Positions 1-11,693 of a stretch of DNA of 44,618 nucleotides are shown here, one piece after another. The notes below the pieces were generated by a model. It searched no databases, was not told the DNA's origin, and was given only the letters and a program-made list of their open reading frames with translations. Positions within the stretch are counted from its first letter, which is position 1. Each line of letters opens with the position of its first letter. The stretch covers positions 1 to 44,618 of the forward strand of contig JAUCBJ010006425.1 of the NCBI GenBank assembly GCA_032718475.1, read 5' to 3'. The position numbers and the translations under genes were made by a program. Source of the DNA: Nemertoderma westbladi (Eukaryota > Animalia > Xenacoelomorpha).

Positions 1-1390
1 CGCATTTGTTTCATTTGAAACAGAAATAAATTCGCATTTGTTTCATTTGAAACATAATTGAATTCGCATTTGTTTCATTTGAAACATAAATAAATTCGCA
101 TTTGTTTCATTTGAAACAGAAATAAATTCGCATTTGTTTCATTTGAAACAGAAATAAATTCGTATTTGTTTCATTTGAAACATAATTAAATTCGCATTTG
201 TTTCATTTGAAACATAAATATATTCGCATTTGTTTCATTTGAAACAGAAATAAATTCGCATTTGTTTCATTTGAAACAGAAATAAATTCGCATTTGTTTC
301 ATTTGAAACATAATTAAATTCGCATTTGTTTCATTTGAAACATAAATAAATTCGCATTTGTTTCATTTGAAACAGAATTAAATTCGCATTTGTTTCATTT
401 GAAACAAATATAAATTCGCATTAGTTTCATTTCAAACATAAATAAATTCGCATTTGTTTCATTTGAAACAGAAATAAATTCGCATTTGTTTCATTTGAAA
501 CAGAAATAAATTCGCATTTGTTTCATTTGAAACAAATATAAATTCGCATTTGTTTCATTTCAAACATAAATAAATTCGCATTTGTTTCATTTGAAACATA
601 AATAAATTCGCATTTGTTTCATTTGAAACATAATTAAATTCGCATTTGTTTCATTTGAAACAGAATTAAATTCGCATTTGTTTCATTTGAAACAAATATA
701 AATTCGCATTTGTTTCATTTCAAACATAAATAAATTCGCATTTGTTTCATTTGAAACAGAAATAAATTCGCATTTGTTTCATTTGAAACAGAAATAAATT
801 CGCATTTGTTTCATTTGAAACAGAAATAAATTCGCATTTGTTTCATTTGAAACATAATTAAATTCGCATTTGTTTCATTTGAAACAGAAATAAATTCGCA
901 TTTGTTTCATTTGAAACATAATTAAATTCGCATTTGTTTCATTTGAAACAGAAATAAATTCGCATTTGTTTCATTTGAAACATAATTAAATTCGCATTTG
1001 TTTCATTTGAAACATAAATAAATTCGCATTTGTTTCATTTGAAACAGAAATAAATTCGCATTTGTTTCATTTGAAACATAATTAAATTCGTATTTGTTTC
1101 ATTTGAAACAGAAATAAATTCGTATTTGTTTCATTTGAAACAGAAATAAATTCGCATTTGTTTCATTTGAAACATAATTAAATTCGCATTTGTTTCATTT
1201 GAAACAGAATTAAATTCGCATTTGTTTCATTTGAAACATAATTAAATTCGTATTTGTTTCATTTGAAACAGAAATAATTCGCATTTGTTTCATTTGAAAC
1301 ATAATTAAATTCGCATTTGTTTCATTTGAAACAGAATTAAATTCGCATTTGTTTCATTTGAAACAGAATTAAATTCGTATTTGTTTCATT
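1..1390. repeat. 32 bp tandem minisatellite (~43 copies, runs off the window start) with a palindromic core
   Basis: Unit TTCGCATTTGTTTCATTTGAAACAGAAATAAA; CGC recurs at 1, 33, etc. Core TGTTTCA-TT-TGAAACA is a 7 bp inverted repeat. Variation is mostly in the CAGAAAT/CATAATT/CATAAAT segment. Confidence 0.95.
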
Positions 1391-1504
1391 CAAATTAAAT
1401 TGATGGTACGGGGCATGGCTGCGTGGTGTATCAATATTACCTCAAAAATATATCACTAATTTTATAACAGTTTTACTTGACTCTTAATATTTAGGGAATC
1501 CCCG

Positions 1505-1578
1505 TTGTTTAGGATGTTCCCAATCCCCATTGTTTAGGATGTTCCCAATCCCCATTGTTTAAGATGTTCCCAATCCCC
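1505..1578. repeat. 25 bp tandem repeat, 3 copies
   Basis: TTGTTTAGGATGTTCCCAATCCCCA repeated three times with one substitution. Confidence 0.85.
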
Positions 1579-2775
1579 TTAAATTATTTCATTTCACTAG
1601 CATTCCATTGAACGCCATTATTGACGCCAAAGTTTCCCACAACTCTCCTACTTTGGTACAATGCAGCTAACTAAATGAGACAAAGTAAATTCTACTAACT
1701 TCTTCGCATTCAATTTAATACAACAGATTTTTTGGCTGTAAATTTAAACAGGGTAGATATATAGTATATAGATCATAGGGGGAGGTATAGATAGCTGTCT
1801 TGGTTTAGGTTGGCAAAGAGTAAAAAAAGTGCTGTATTCATCCTTGGGAATTAGTGTGGAATACTCCCTTCCATGCAGGTAGAGCCAAAGGTGAAGAGCC
1901 CTTGGTACACACCGGTGTTTCGTGGATCAGGTTAACGGATAACTTTATATGAGGCCCTACATATAGAAAACAAATGCGCTTTATTTTCACGACGACCTCG
2001 GAATATGTTGCCGATACAACGATTGTTAGCGAACGAGGTAAATTACAGTAGGCCTACAGTATAAATCAAAGGGCCATAAACAATTGAAAATATGAAAAAA
2101 TGAGTAACGAAAATACAGTACCTAACGAAGTAAAATACATATTTCTTATAAATATTTGCATTTATAAAAATAAAAAGCATTTTGAATTGATTTATATTTA
2201 CATTTTTATCTCACTACCCTATCATATCAATGTCCAACTAAAGTTAATGTAACAAAGTTAGTGTGACACGAGCGGGGCCTTCGTGAAGCAAAAGCTGCAA
2301 GTAATCTTAGCGAAAACTATAATTATACTATGGCTAGTTATATATTGGCTTCCGACAATTATGGCTTCCGTCACACACACTGACACCCCACCCCCCCCCC
2401 CCCCCCAGACACGCAAAAATTGTTGTTGCTTCTCAAACACAAACACTTTTGTTGCGCAATGTTTCTGAGTGTGGCCAGCAACTTATTGCTGACCACCCTC
2501 ACAAGGATCAACTTTTGTTTCAGAAATAGGGATGTGAGTTTTCCGAACATATGAGATAGGCGAAAAAAGGGGGTACTTTCATGTTACCCTTCCCCCCATT
2601 CCTGTTACCCCTCCCCCCCCCAGTCATGTTACCCCCCCCCCCCCAGTCATGTTACCCCCCATTCCTGTTACCCTCGCAGTGCTGTTAACCCCCATTCCTG
2701 TTAACCCCCCCCCCCCCCCCCCCCCCCATCACAGAAAATGATTCATGTTAGTAACCATTTTAGTTGTCAATTGAG

Positions 2776-2895
2776 GGAAAGGAGCAGGTTACCGAGACGG
2801 GTTTTTCTTACCAAAACAATAAACGATGTTGTTACCAATTGAGAGACGGAGGACGGAGCAGGTTACAGAGATGGATTTTTCTAACCAAAACACAA
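2776..2895 (+). repeat. Dispersed repeat fragment; a related copy lies inverted at about 29858-29972
   Basis: GGAAAGGAGCAGGTTAC...TTTTCT(T/A)ACCAAAACA occurs twice here, and its reverse complement (GTTTATTGTTTTGGTTAGAAAA...GTAACCTGCTCCTTTCC) occurs twice near 29.9 kb. Confidence 0.7.
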
Positions 2896-3028
2896 AAAAG
2901 GCACAACTCGGACAAATTGCAACAGAAATTAATTTAATATTTTCTAGGCCCAAATTTTATGCTTATCATCTTATCCAAATTCGGCCAAAATCGGGTTGTT
3001 GGAACTTGGTTATAAAGACCATTTCACC

Positions 3029-4070
3029 CATGGCAACAGAAAGTCATATATAAATCACCTCTTCCCTATAATCCTACGGAATTCTAACCTCGACCTAGCC
3101 CACCAAAATCATTCTCGAAGAATCCGATGGGTACGGTACTTTTTGAAACCCGGTTCATGGCAACAATGAGAAATACATCGCCAAACTTAATTGTACAGTG
3201 AATTTATGAAATTTTGGAAACGTATCCGTATTACGTGTTCCCAATGTTGCAAAACTAGGAAACGTTGGAATTATATTGTCTTTAAGCATAATTGTTCTTT
3301 TTTAGATGCGGCATTAAAGTGAAATAGCAGTTGGCCTGTAGCCTAGGTAATAAGAAAATAATATCACCTATAATCTTACTTCACACCAAATATGGTTACT
3401 ATCATTTTAAATAGAAACCAATTCGGGATCAAGTACCTCGCATGTTGCCATATTCAGACCTTAATTTTCCAGTCAATAATGTCTTTTCTAGTTACCATTG
3501 CAACCAAAAATATTATTTAATATGTGGAATTTCTATCTGAAACATTTTATATGTTCTTCAGATGCATATCAATATGGTACATAGTCAACGTTCATGATCA
3601 AAAGCGAAGTGATTATTCTGTTGTTACCATAGCAACGGGCAGATTTTATTATTTATGTAGTTTCAGTAACATATTTCGTATTTTATTGACATTAGAAGTT
3701 TATCATATTAAAGATTACTGAAAAAACTTCTGAGGAATCTGCTGCAGCAATTTTATTTAAAAAAGTCTTGAATTTTGACCATAGCAACGAGAGTTTTGAT
3801 CCTAATTCGGGAGTGACTTGTCGGGTGAGTTACAAGTGACAGTGACTTGTACTCCAAATTCGATTTTTTTTTTGTACATTTCAGTATTCAGTATTTTGTA
3901 GCATATGAGACTCTGTAGAAAATTACAAAATTATTTTCGAATTACATTTATATACTTAGCAACTAAATATTTCCTTAGCAACCGGCGACTTTTAGTACCA
4001 ACATTGCGTTTTTCAAAGTTTCCTTGGCAACGTTAAATTTTGTATAGCAACAGCGTGTTAGCTTAGCAAC
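3029..4070. promoter_or_regulatory. Cluster of RFX X-box-like palindromes, probably repeat-borne
   Basis: GTTACCATTGCAAC 3491, GTTACCATAGCAAC 3623, GTTTCCTTGGCAAC 4018, GTTAGCTTAGCAAC 4057, plus several CATGGCAAC/TAGCAAC half sites. Function is not demonstrated. Confidence 0.4.
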
Positions 4071-4636
4071 GAGTAGTACTAAGGCAAAGACAATACAGTA
4101 CTAAGTATTTAGAAGCGCTACATCAACGATGAGTCATACTTATTAATGACGAGTTTTCTATAGTAATATCGAGTTTACAATGCTTAATGATGGTTTCTCA
4201 AAAACAGTCGAATTACAAATTATGCAGCACATGCTCTGAAACAAAATGTGAAGAAATGATATGAAACTGTATATAATTTCTGGAAAAATGTCACCGAAAT
4301 TTCCGAAATTTTCCTCATGAAATTTCCTTACATTTCCGGACTCACCTATTCAGAAAAAAGTTGCAGCGACACAAGTTGCTCCGCCTGAAGGAGCCTATCT
4401 AATGTTATACCATAAAACAAGAATCGAAAGAATCAATTTTTGTCATTATTTTTAAATGAACGAAATTCAATTGTGTATAGAGTTTTTCACAATTAGGCAT
4501 GTTTTAGCGACGAAATATTTCTAGAACTATTACAATAGGTAGCTAGCTAATTTTTATAATGAAACTGAAACTCAACAACAATGTAACTGTAGTATAGGTA
4601 ACTATAACGTAAACTACCAAAAATCCACATCCAAGT

Positions 4637-5653
4637 ATGTCTCGAATTCGATGCAATAATCGTCGACTACTAGAAGCAGGGCAAACCGCGGAGGAAAAGA
4701 GAACTGAAATCCTGAAAAGATATTACATAGGTCAGGAACTGGAAAGACTTTCCGAAGACCTGGAAAGTTCATCATTTTGGGTTGTTTCCGCCGAGATGGT
4801 GTTAGAGGCCAACCTCTTAGAATTATCACTAGGAAAACGAATTTTAACTAAAAATTGTAAAAAGATAGAAAGTAGGCCTACAGACACTTATAATTCGCTG
4901 TCATATGTGCCATTTCGCACAATGTTTAGATTTGACAAAAAGGAGGACGAAAGAAGGAGGACAGAAGACAGAAGTGCGACGCCGACGAATTGGGCAATTG
5001 TTCACTGGTTATGTAAAGTATTTGGAAGTTACCCCCTCGAGGTGTATAGAACGAATCGATGCGATCGCGCATACCTTGAATTAGAAGGGATGAAATATCT
5101 TCAACCAGGCCTTGGTGGTGGACTTGTAATCTATCAGGAGTTTAAGAAAGAGAAACAAATTTATTTCATACACGCCGCTGATAAAGATGATGTTGACATT
5201 CTGTTCAACTTCTTTGAGAAATACAACACAAGTACCAAGAAATCATATCAGTTGGTTAAGGAAGGACTCATATACCTGTACAAAAAGGAAAAGATGAAAC
5301 CGTTTTGGGGCGAAATGATCTACAATCTGAAGAACCGAATGGAGTTGAGATTGACCCCAAGCATAGAGAAGCCTGAAATTCGAGTACAATTTGTAAAGGT
5401 ATACGACCTAGAAACGTTTGTAGCAGCACCTCTTACACGAGAGGAAGATACCCTTAATGGTTGTTTGATGATAACATCTGGGATTAGGTTGAGAAATTCG
5501 GGTCAGAGTCGAATTCAAGGTATGTACAATCTCTTAGGCTGGAAGAGCAAGCAGGTCATCAAGGATATCTGGTTTGAAAGTGTAGCAGAAAGGGATGAAT
5601 GGCTGGAAGTTATTTTGGACTATAGTGTTGATTCCATTACTATCAGTGAATGA
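4637..5653 (+). CDS. Intronless 338 aa hypothetical protein with a C-terminal PH-like domain (possibly tandem PH)
   Basis: 1 kb open frame in AT-rich DNA. VKEGLIYLYKKEKMKPFW resembles PH beta1-2 and IWFESVAERDEWLEVIL resembles PH beta7 plus the helix with its conserved Trp. IYFIHAADKDDVDILFNFF may end a degenerate first PH domain. Confidence 0.65.
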   Translation: MSRIRCNNRRLLEAGQTAEEKRTEILKRYYIGQELERLSEDLESSSFWVVSAEMVLEANLLELSLGKRILTKNCKKIESRPTDTYNSLSYVPFRTMFRFDKKEDERRRTEDRSATPTNWAIVHWLCKVFGSYPLEVYRTNRCDRAYLELEGMKYLQPGLGGGLVIYQEFKKEKQIYFIHAADKDDVDILFNFFEKYNTSTKKSYQLVKEGLIYLYKKEKMKPFWGEMIYNLKNRMELRLTPSIEKPEIRVQFVKVYDLETFVAAPLTREEDTLNGCLMITSGIRLRNSGQSRIQGMYNLLGWKSKQVIKDIWFESVAERDEWLEVILDYSVDSITISE

Positions 5654-6370
5654 TCAACAGTATTAAATTATTTGCTACCTTTTCATAAAAAATTATAAGA
5701 ATAATATTATATCTGAATCAACTGAAAATTTTTAAGAATTACGTAGCCTGTAATTAAACTAACTCATTCCTGTCTAATTGACTTTGTCTGTATTCTCTAT
5801 GAAAAATAATCGCAATATATATACAAATGAAATGTAATTGTTAATTAATAATACTTTATTAAAATAATGTTTTTCCACTCATTATACGAATTTAGTCTTA
5901 TATTAAACAATAATTCAATAATTCTAATATATTCAAACAAGTTAAATTATAGTTAGAACTGCGGTCAGGTCAGCCTCCTCCGCCAATCCCGCAGCATGAA
6001 TGTTTTACTTACTGAAGTACACCTCTGCCAGGTATCTGCAAAAAAATTATAAACAATGAAATGGGAGAAGGACTTCACAACGCCCCCTAACAGCAGACAG
6101 GATAACTGCAAAGCTGCCTTTGGTGTAGTAGACCTCTGCCAAGTATCAGTGGCTCACAACTACCAGTAATGAAAACAAAGAGCAGGACAGAAAACAAAGA
6201 ACAGGGCAAAATACAAAGAAGTCAAGGCAGAAAACAAAGAGCAGGGCAGGACGGAAGGATTCCGAACTTTGCTCGACCATGAAAATAATATCATCCCGGA
6301 TTGGCGTCAGACAAAGTCATACATACATGTACGCAATATAATAAATAGTTAGTATACTGTGAGGCTTTAT

Positions 6371-6465
6371 AGGCCCGTTTCCGCGAGATTTTTTTATGTG
6401 CGGTTTCTGAGCCTTTTTTAAGCTGTATTTCGAGATTTCAAAAAAAGCCGCGCGGAAACGGGCCT
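6371..6465. mobile_element. ~95 bp MITE, PIF/Harbinger-like
   Basis: 15 bp perfect TIR AGGCCCGTTTCCGCG ... CGCGGAAACGGGCCT with TA-rich flanks. Confidence 0.7.
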
Positions 6466-7720
6466 TAGTTTTTTATAAAATGCTAACAATGCGAAAGTTA
6501 GGAGGACCATGTAAATAAAGTTAATTACGGTCAGTGGTTTTCATAAAGGACTAAATGTTAGGATTATAGTTATATGTTCTTCCCAATGAGGTCGCTATAG
6601 GAAACATAGAATCTGTGCATTTTTTCTCATAAGTTGCGATTTGGCGAAAGTGGGATCATACCCTTTTGACCTCAAAAATATATAAATTTGACATTGAGGA
6701 TTCATTTTCTGAGTGGTGTTAGCACTATTTTGGTGTTATCACTTTGTATAGAAACTTCTCACTTAAAGTTAGCGTGCTAGGTAATTCGTAAACACACACA
6801 CCCCCACCTATACGGGTTAACTATGGATTCTGTGGACAAGCTCACAACCAAGGGATCTGTGGACGTACTTATTTATTAAATATCTAGAGAACTATCCAAT
6901 GAAAATCCTTCAAATTTTCAAATTAGCTTCCTAATAAGTAATGGGAAATGTTTGCTTTTCAAAATTTAAAATTTTTCCAATATTTCAAAAATCATTTTTT
7001 TACATTCACTGTGCGGACATTGCTTTTGGTGACGTCATAATTATGTGTGTTGTGCCTGAGTGTGTTCAGTGATGTCCACAAACCCCAACTGGGGTCAAGA
7101 CACATACGAAAATTAATGTCCACATTCCACAACTAGTGTAACACATACAGTATATGGGAAAGGAAACTGAAATGCTTTGTTTTTATGCAACTTCATGGAT
7201 ATGATTCTAGTAATTGGACTACTTGGTCGGGTCAGTCCATAGAGATAATGTTCTTTTATTGTTTTTATACACTCGTGAATAATTATTGTAAAAGTTAATA
7301 TTTTCCTATTAGTTACCTAAGGACTACTTGTGGTACAAGTTTCCTTAGTTTACTCAGTTACTATAACAATGGGTTTTCACTTAGTCGATAGCGATAGCGC
7401 TGAACAATCCCGCCTGTAAAGCAATGCATACAAGTTAGCATGTAGCAATTTGTTTTGAAAATACTTGCAGTCTCAAGAAATATACCGTAATACTGCCATC
7501 ACTGCTAAAAATATTATTTTTTTCTGCGGGAAGACTAATTAATTTTAGGTTGTATATAAATACAAATAGAGTGGCGCACAACAATTAATGATATAGCTCT
7601 TATCATTCAATTATATTAATTATGAATTTTATGCTTTAAAATTATTTGGACCCTTCTACAGTACGTATTGTAAGAGCAATAGACGCTAAGAATATGTCTT
7701 ATATAATAAATTAACGAGAA

Positions 7721-8280
7721 CACACCGTTCCAAATACTGTCCCTTGCGCACATCTGGGGACATTAGTTTTTGTATTGTTTTTTCTGCAGGCCATACGGTA
7801 TGTAGTTGCAATGGACATTAAGAAATGTTTTTATATATTGACGAAAACACACCGTTCTAAATACTGTCCCTTGCGCACATCTGGGGACATTAGTTTTTGT
7901 ATTGTTTTTTCTGCAGGCCATACGGTATGTAGTTGCAATGGACATTAAGAAATGTTTTTATATATTGACGAAATCACACCGTTCTAAATACTGTCCATTG
8001 CGCACATCTGGGGACATTAGTTTTTGTATTGTTTTTTCTGCAGGCCATACGGTATGTAGTTGCAATGGACATTAAGACATTTTTTTATATATTGACGAAA
8101 ACACACCGTTCTAAATACTGTCCCTTGCGCACATCTGGGGACATTAGTTTTTTTAGTGCTTGGAGTATTATAATAGGCCCTACGTATAGTTGCAATGAAT
8201 GTTAAGAATATTTAATATATTTAGCAAAAACATACCATTGAAAATACTGTCCTTTACGCACATCTGGGGACATTGGTTTT
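7721..8280 (+). repeat. 127 bp tandem repeat (~4.5 copies), left arm of the foldback
   Basis: CACACCGTTC(C/T)AAATACTGTCCCTTGCGCACATCTGGGGACATTAG... starts at 7721, 7848, 7975, 8102 and (diverged) 8231. Confidence 0.9.
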
Positions 8281-8600
8281 TCTATAGGTGAGATAGGCTC
8301 TACGTGAACCATGTCCTGGAATATAGTGTCGTCATACAGGCACCTGACCCCCCCCCCCCAGGGTTTTTTCTAAATTCTGTATGTTAGGGAAATTTCTAAA
8401 TGAAAATAGCGATTTATAAATTTTTATACTTGTTTAGAAATTGGTCACATAGAGACTAACCAATTCGCGCGGGAAGGTTTTAAACTTTACATGCATTTAA
8501 CTCAGAATATTATTTCTCATTTTTTCCTTCACTCAAAACCTATCTACACCGTCATTTTTTAATGAATTCGTTTGAAATTTTCAGTGAATAATCAACTAAG

Positions 8601-9025
8601 GAAGGTCGATGACTTCCAGTACCTTGGATCATGGATAGAGTAGCAAAAAGGACATACAAGTTAGGAAAGCAAAGGCTTGGCTAGCTCTATCAAAAATGGA
8701 TACCATCTGGAAATCAGATCTCTCCAGGCACCTGAAGACTAAGTTCTTTCGAGCCACAGTGGAAAGTGTATTTTTATACGGGGGTAAGACCTGGACACTG
8801 ACGAAATCACTTTAACAACGAATTGATGGATGCTACACAAGACTTCTAAGGGCAGCCCTAAACATCAGCTGGAGACAACACATGACAAACGCCGAGCTTT
8901 ATGGTACAATACCACCTGTATCAACCACCCTCCGTGAACGCTCGACCTAGTAGTAGTTGGAGAATCGGGAATCCTGGAAGGATCTCATTTCCCCTGTCCG
9001 AGTTTGCCCGACCTAGTAGTAGTAG
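8601..9025 (+). mobile_element. 5'-truncated, degenerate RTE/RTEX-type LINE 3' end with (TAG)n tails
   Basis: Translates, with a stop and a frameshift, as KVDDFQYLGSWI..KKDIQVRKAKAWLALSKMDTIWKS..KTKFFRATVESVFLYG..WTLTK..RIDGCYTRLLRAALNISWRQHMTNAELYG, the post-RT region of RTE-clade ORFs. CGACC(TAG)n occurs at about 8943 and 9009. Confidence 0.85.
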
Positions 9026-9540
9026 CATTCATTGCAACTATACGTAGGGCCTATTATAATACTCCCAGCACTACAAAAACTAATGTCCCCAGATGTGCGC
9101 AAGGGACAGTATTTAGAATGGTGTGATTTCGTCAATATATAAAAACATTTCTTAATGTCCATTGCAACTACATACCGTATGGCCTGCAGAAAAAATAATA
9201 CAAAAACTAATGTCCCCAGATGTGCGCAAGGGACAGTATTTAGAATGGTGTGATTTCGTCAATATATAAAAACATTTCTTAATGTCCATTGCAACTACAT
9301 ACCGTATGGTCTGCAGAAAAACAATACAAAAACTAATGTCCCCAGATGTGCGCAAGGGACAGTATTTGGAACGGTGTGTTCTCGTTAATTTATTAATATT
9401 ATTATATATTCTTAACGTCCATTGCAACTACCTACATAAGTAGAACGTCGGGCATAATATAATACTCTCAGCACTAAAAAACTAATGTCCCCGGATGTGC
9501 GCAAGGGACAGTACACTATTTAAAATGGGTGTGTTTTCGT
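9026..9540 (-). repeat. 127 bp tandem repeat (~4 copies), inverted right arm of the foldback
   Basis: CTAATGTCCCCAGATGTGCGCAAGGGACAGTATTT is repeated and is the reverse complement of the 7721-8280 unit. Confidence 0.9.
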
Positions 9541-10959
9541 TAATTTATTATAATGTCTATTTCCACTACAGTACGTAGAAGGGTCTAAAAAATTAAAGGT
9601 ATAAAATTAATGATATAATTAATATAATTGAATGATGTGAATGTAATTTGAATGATAAGAGTTATATCATATATCGTTGTGCTCCACTTTGTTTGTTTAA
9701 ACATGAATTTAATTAGTGCCCCCGCAGAAAAAAAAAGTAGCAGTGGCCGTATTACGATATTTGTCCACATATTTTTTAAAAGATTTATACATGCTTGTAT
9801 GCATAGTGCATGCGGGATTGTTTAGCACTATCGACTAAGTGAAAATCCATTGTTATAGGAACTGAGGAAAGTTGCACCACAAGGGGTGCTTAGGTAACTC
9901 ATAAGGAAATATTAACTTTTACAATTATTCACGAGTGTATAAAAACAATAAAAAAACATTATCTAGGGATTGCCTGAGCTGCATTGACTCAACGACAGAC
10001 CTGACTAACTAATCCATAAATAATTGAACATAACACATAACATACTTAATTTCAACCACAAACCGGGGTCGTTAAAAATTAAGCTCACTGGGGACATTGT
10101 GACGTCACAAAATGACGTAGATAATGTGTGTATACTTATCACTGTTATAGTGGGGACATCAATATTTACACCCCATACACACCGAACACATACGAGTGCG
10201 GCTTAACACAAACAAAGTGGGGACTGAGCCTAAATACGGTGAAATTTCATATTTAGACTAATTTGGCAATGAAGATTTCGAATTTCCAGTCAGAACGTTC
10301 TGGGGACGTCCCCAGTTCGCGAAAGGTCCCCAGAACGTGGGTATTGTATGGCACTTACGTCCACAGTATGTAGCGTTAACCAGTGCACACCCTCTTGACT
10401 TTTAGAAAACAGCCATAGTATAATTAACAGATGGCTAATGGCTCGCAGTTTTGACTCGTTCCACATTAATTTTGACTCATTAACTTATAAATACATTAAG
10501 TTTGTATTGTACATAGGCAGGTGAGTAGTAGGGCGGTGATTTTTTTACTTTTTTTTTCGATTTCATTGTTCTACCGATGCGCAAAAGTTTCCAAATGGTA
10601 AAAAATGAAGGAAAAAAAAATATCTCTAAATTTCGTAGATATCTTGACGGATCCCAAGGGAGTTGAAATATTGAGCCATCGCGATGCACCATAATGATAT
10701 TTATAGCATTATAACACATTAATGAAATATCAATGACTCAAGAAATAACTTCCTACATGCCTCAAATGTCATCAAATGGGTCCAAACTTAGTTAGATACC
10801 AAAATTATTTTGTTTTTGGGATTAAGGTAAGTAGTGCCACAGATGACCAGAACCTACTCTTTGGCGCAAATGACTCTTATTCTACTGTAAATTATCGTGA
10901 TGGACAACTTTTAGTTCTCGTAACTGCATTAATTGGATGTACCAACATGGTGTGCATAA

Positions 10960-11020
10960 ATATTTTAGAGTCCATTGACAAATGTGCAACTGGCACATTT
11001 GTCAATGGACTCTAAAATAT
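10960..11020. repeat. Perfect 28 bp hairpin with a 5 nt loop
   Basis: ATATTTTAGAGTCCATTGACAAATGTGC-AACTG-GCACATTTGTCAATGGACTCTAAAATAT. Confidence 0.95.
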
Positions 11021-11312
11021 CAAACGCGTATTTTTCAGCACTAATTCTATGACTAATATTAACACAAAATATGTCTGTACAATTAATACAAGCATCAGTA
11101 ACTGAATCATTACTTAAATTGCCTAAAACATTACATAATTTATTCTTAAACAACCGTTGCTGGTCGGTCGATGCACGAATAAAATTAATATTACTTTTAC
11201 GGGTAGCAGTGCAAGAATGTTCCCCGACATGTAATGTATCAGTTAATTGTAGCTTTAAGAAAATGGGGCTATGTCCCGATAAATTAGCACCAGAATGAAT
11301 AACACCGGCGTA
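10988..11312 (-). mobile_element. LINE ORF2 fragment (end of APE endonuclease, CR1/L2-group-like)
   Basis: Minus frame AGVIHSGANLSGHSPIFLKL...CINCTDIFCVNISH...ILESIDKCA resembles the SDH motif region of APE endonucleases and the Cys/His-rich linker that follows. Confidence 0.5.
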
Positions 11313-11693
11313 AGGCCCCCCTCACACGGAGCAACTTGTTTCCGCAACTTGTTTCTGTGTGTGAGGGAGACCAGCAACAAGTTGCTGGAAGTTATATTCC
11401 CAGCAACTTTTTGAAAAACTTTTATTACATTCCATTTTTTGATACTAGCTAATATTAGATAATTTGAGTGATGTGATATTATATATAAATGACTGGACTT
11501 GTTAGCTATTTATTTGCAAATAATTGTTATTTTCTTCAGCAACAAGTTTCTGTGTGTGAGGGGGTCCAGCAACAAGTTGCAGAAACAAGTTGCTGAAACA
11601 AGTTGCAGCAACAAGTTTCTGTGTGTGAGGGGGTCCAGCAACAAGTTTCAGAAACAAGTTGCAGAAACAAGTTGCTCCGTGTGAGGGGGGCCT
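11313..11693. mobile_element. ~380 bp MITE, PIF/Harbinger-like, with subterminal repeats
   Basis: TIR AGGCCCCCCTCACACGGAGCAACTTGTTTC / GAAACAAGTTGCTCCGTGTGAGGGGGGCCT; TA(A) duplicated on both sides; internal CAACAAGTT repeats. A related right end is at about 4360-4397. Confidence 0.9.

Larger units (their letters stand above)
6821..10375. mobile_element. ~3.55 kb foldback element with long inverted arms, flanked by TTAA (piggyBac-like, non-autonomous)
   Basis: About 7240-8200 is the reverse complement of about 9026-9965 (e.g. TTTTTATACACTCGTGAATAATT / AATTATTCACGAGTGTATAAAAA). Putative ends are TTAA|CTATGGATTCTGTGGAC and GTCCACAGTATGTAGCG|TTAA (12/17 match). TG(T/G)GGAC motifs recur. The outer limits are less certain than the arms. 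Confidence 0.6.

Noticed and set aside
1-1390. CRISPR-like repeat (GTTTCA...TGAAAC)
   Set aside because: No unique spacers, no cas genes, and a eukaryotic context; it is a plain tandem repeat.
1905-1940. Penelope-type hammerhead ribozyme (minus CTGATCCACGAAAC)
   Set aside because: The CTGATGA core and stem II are absent.
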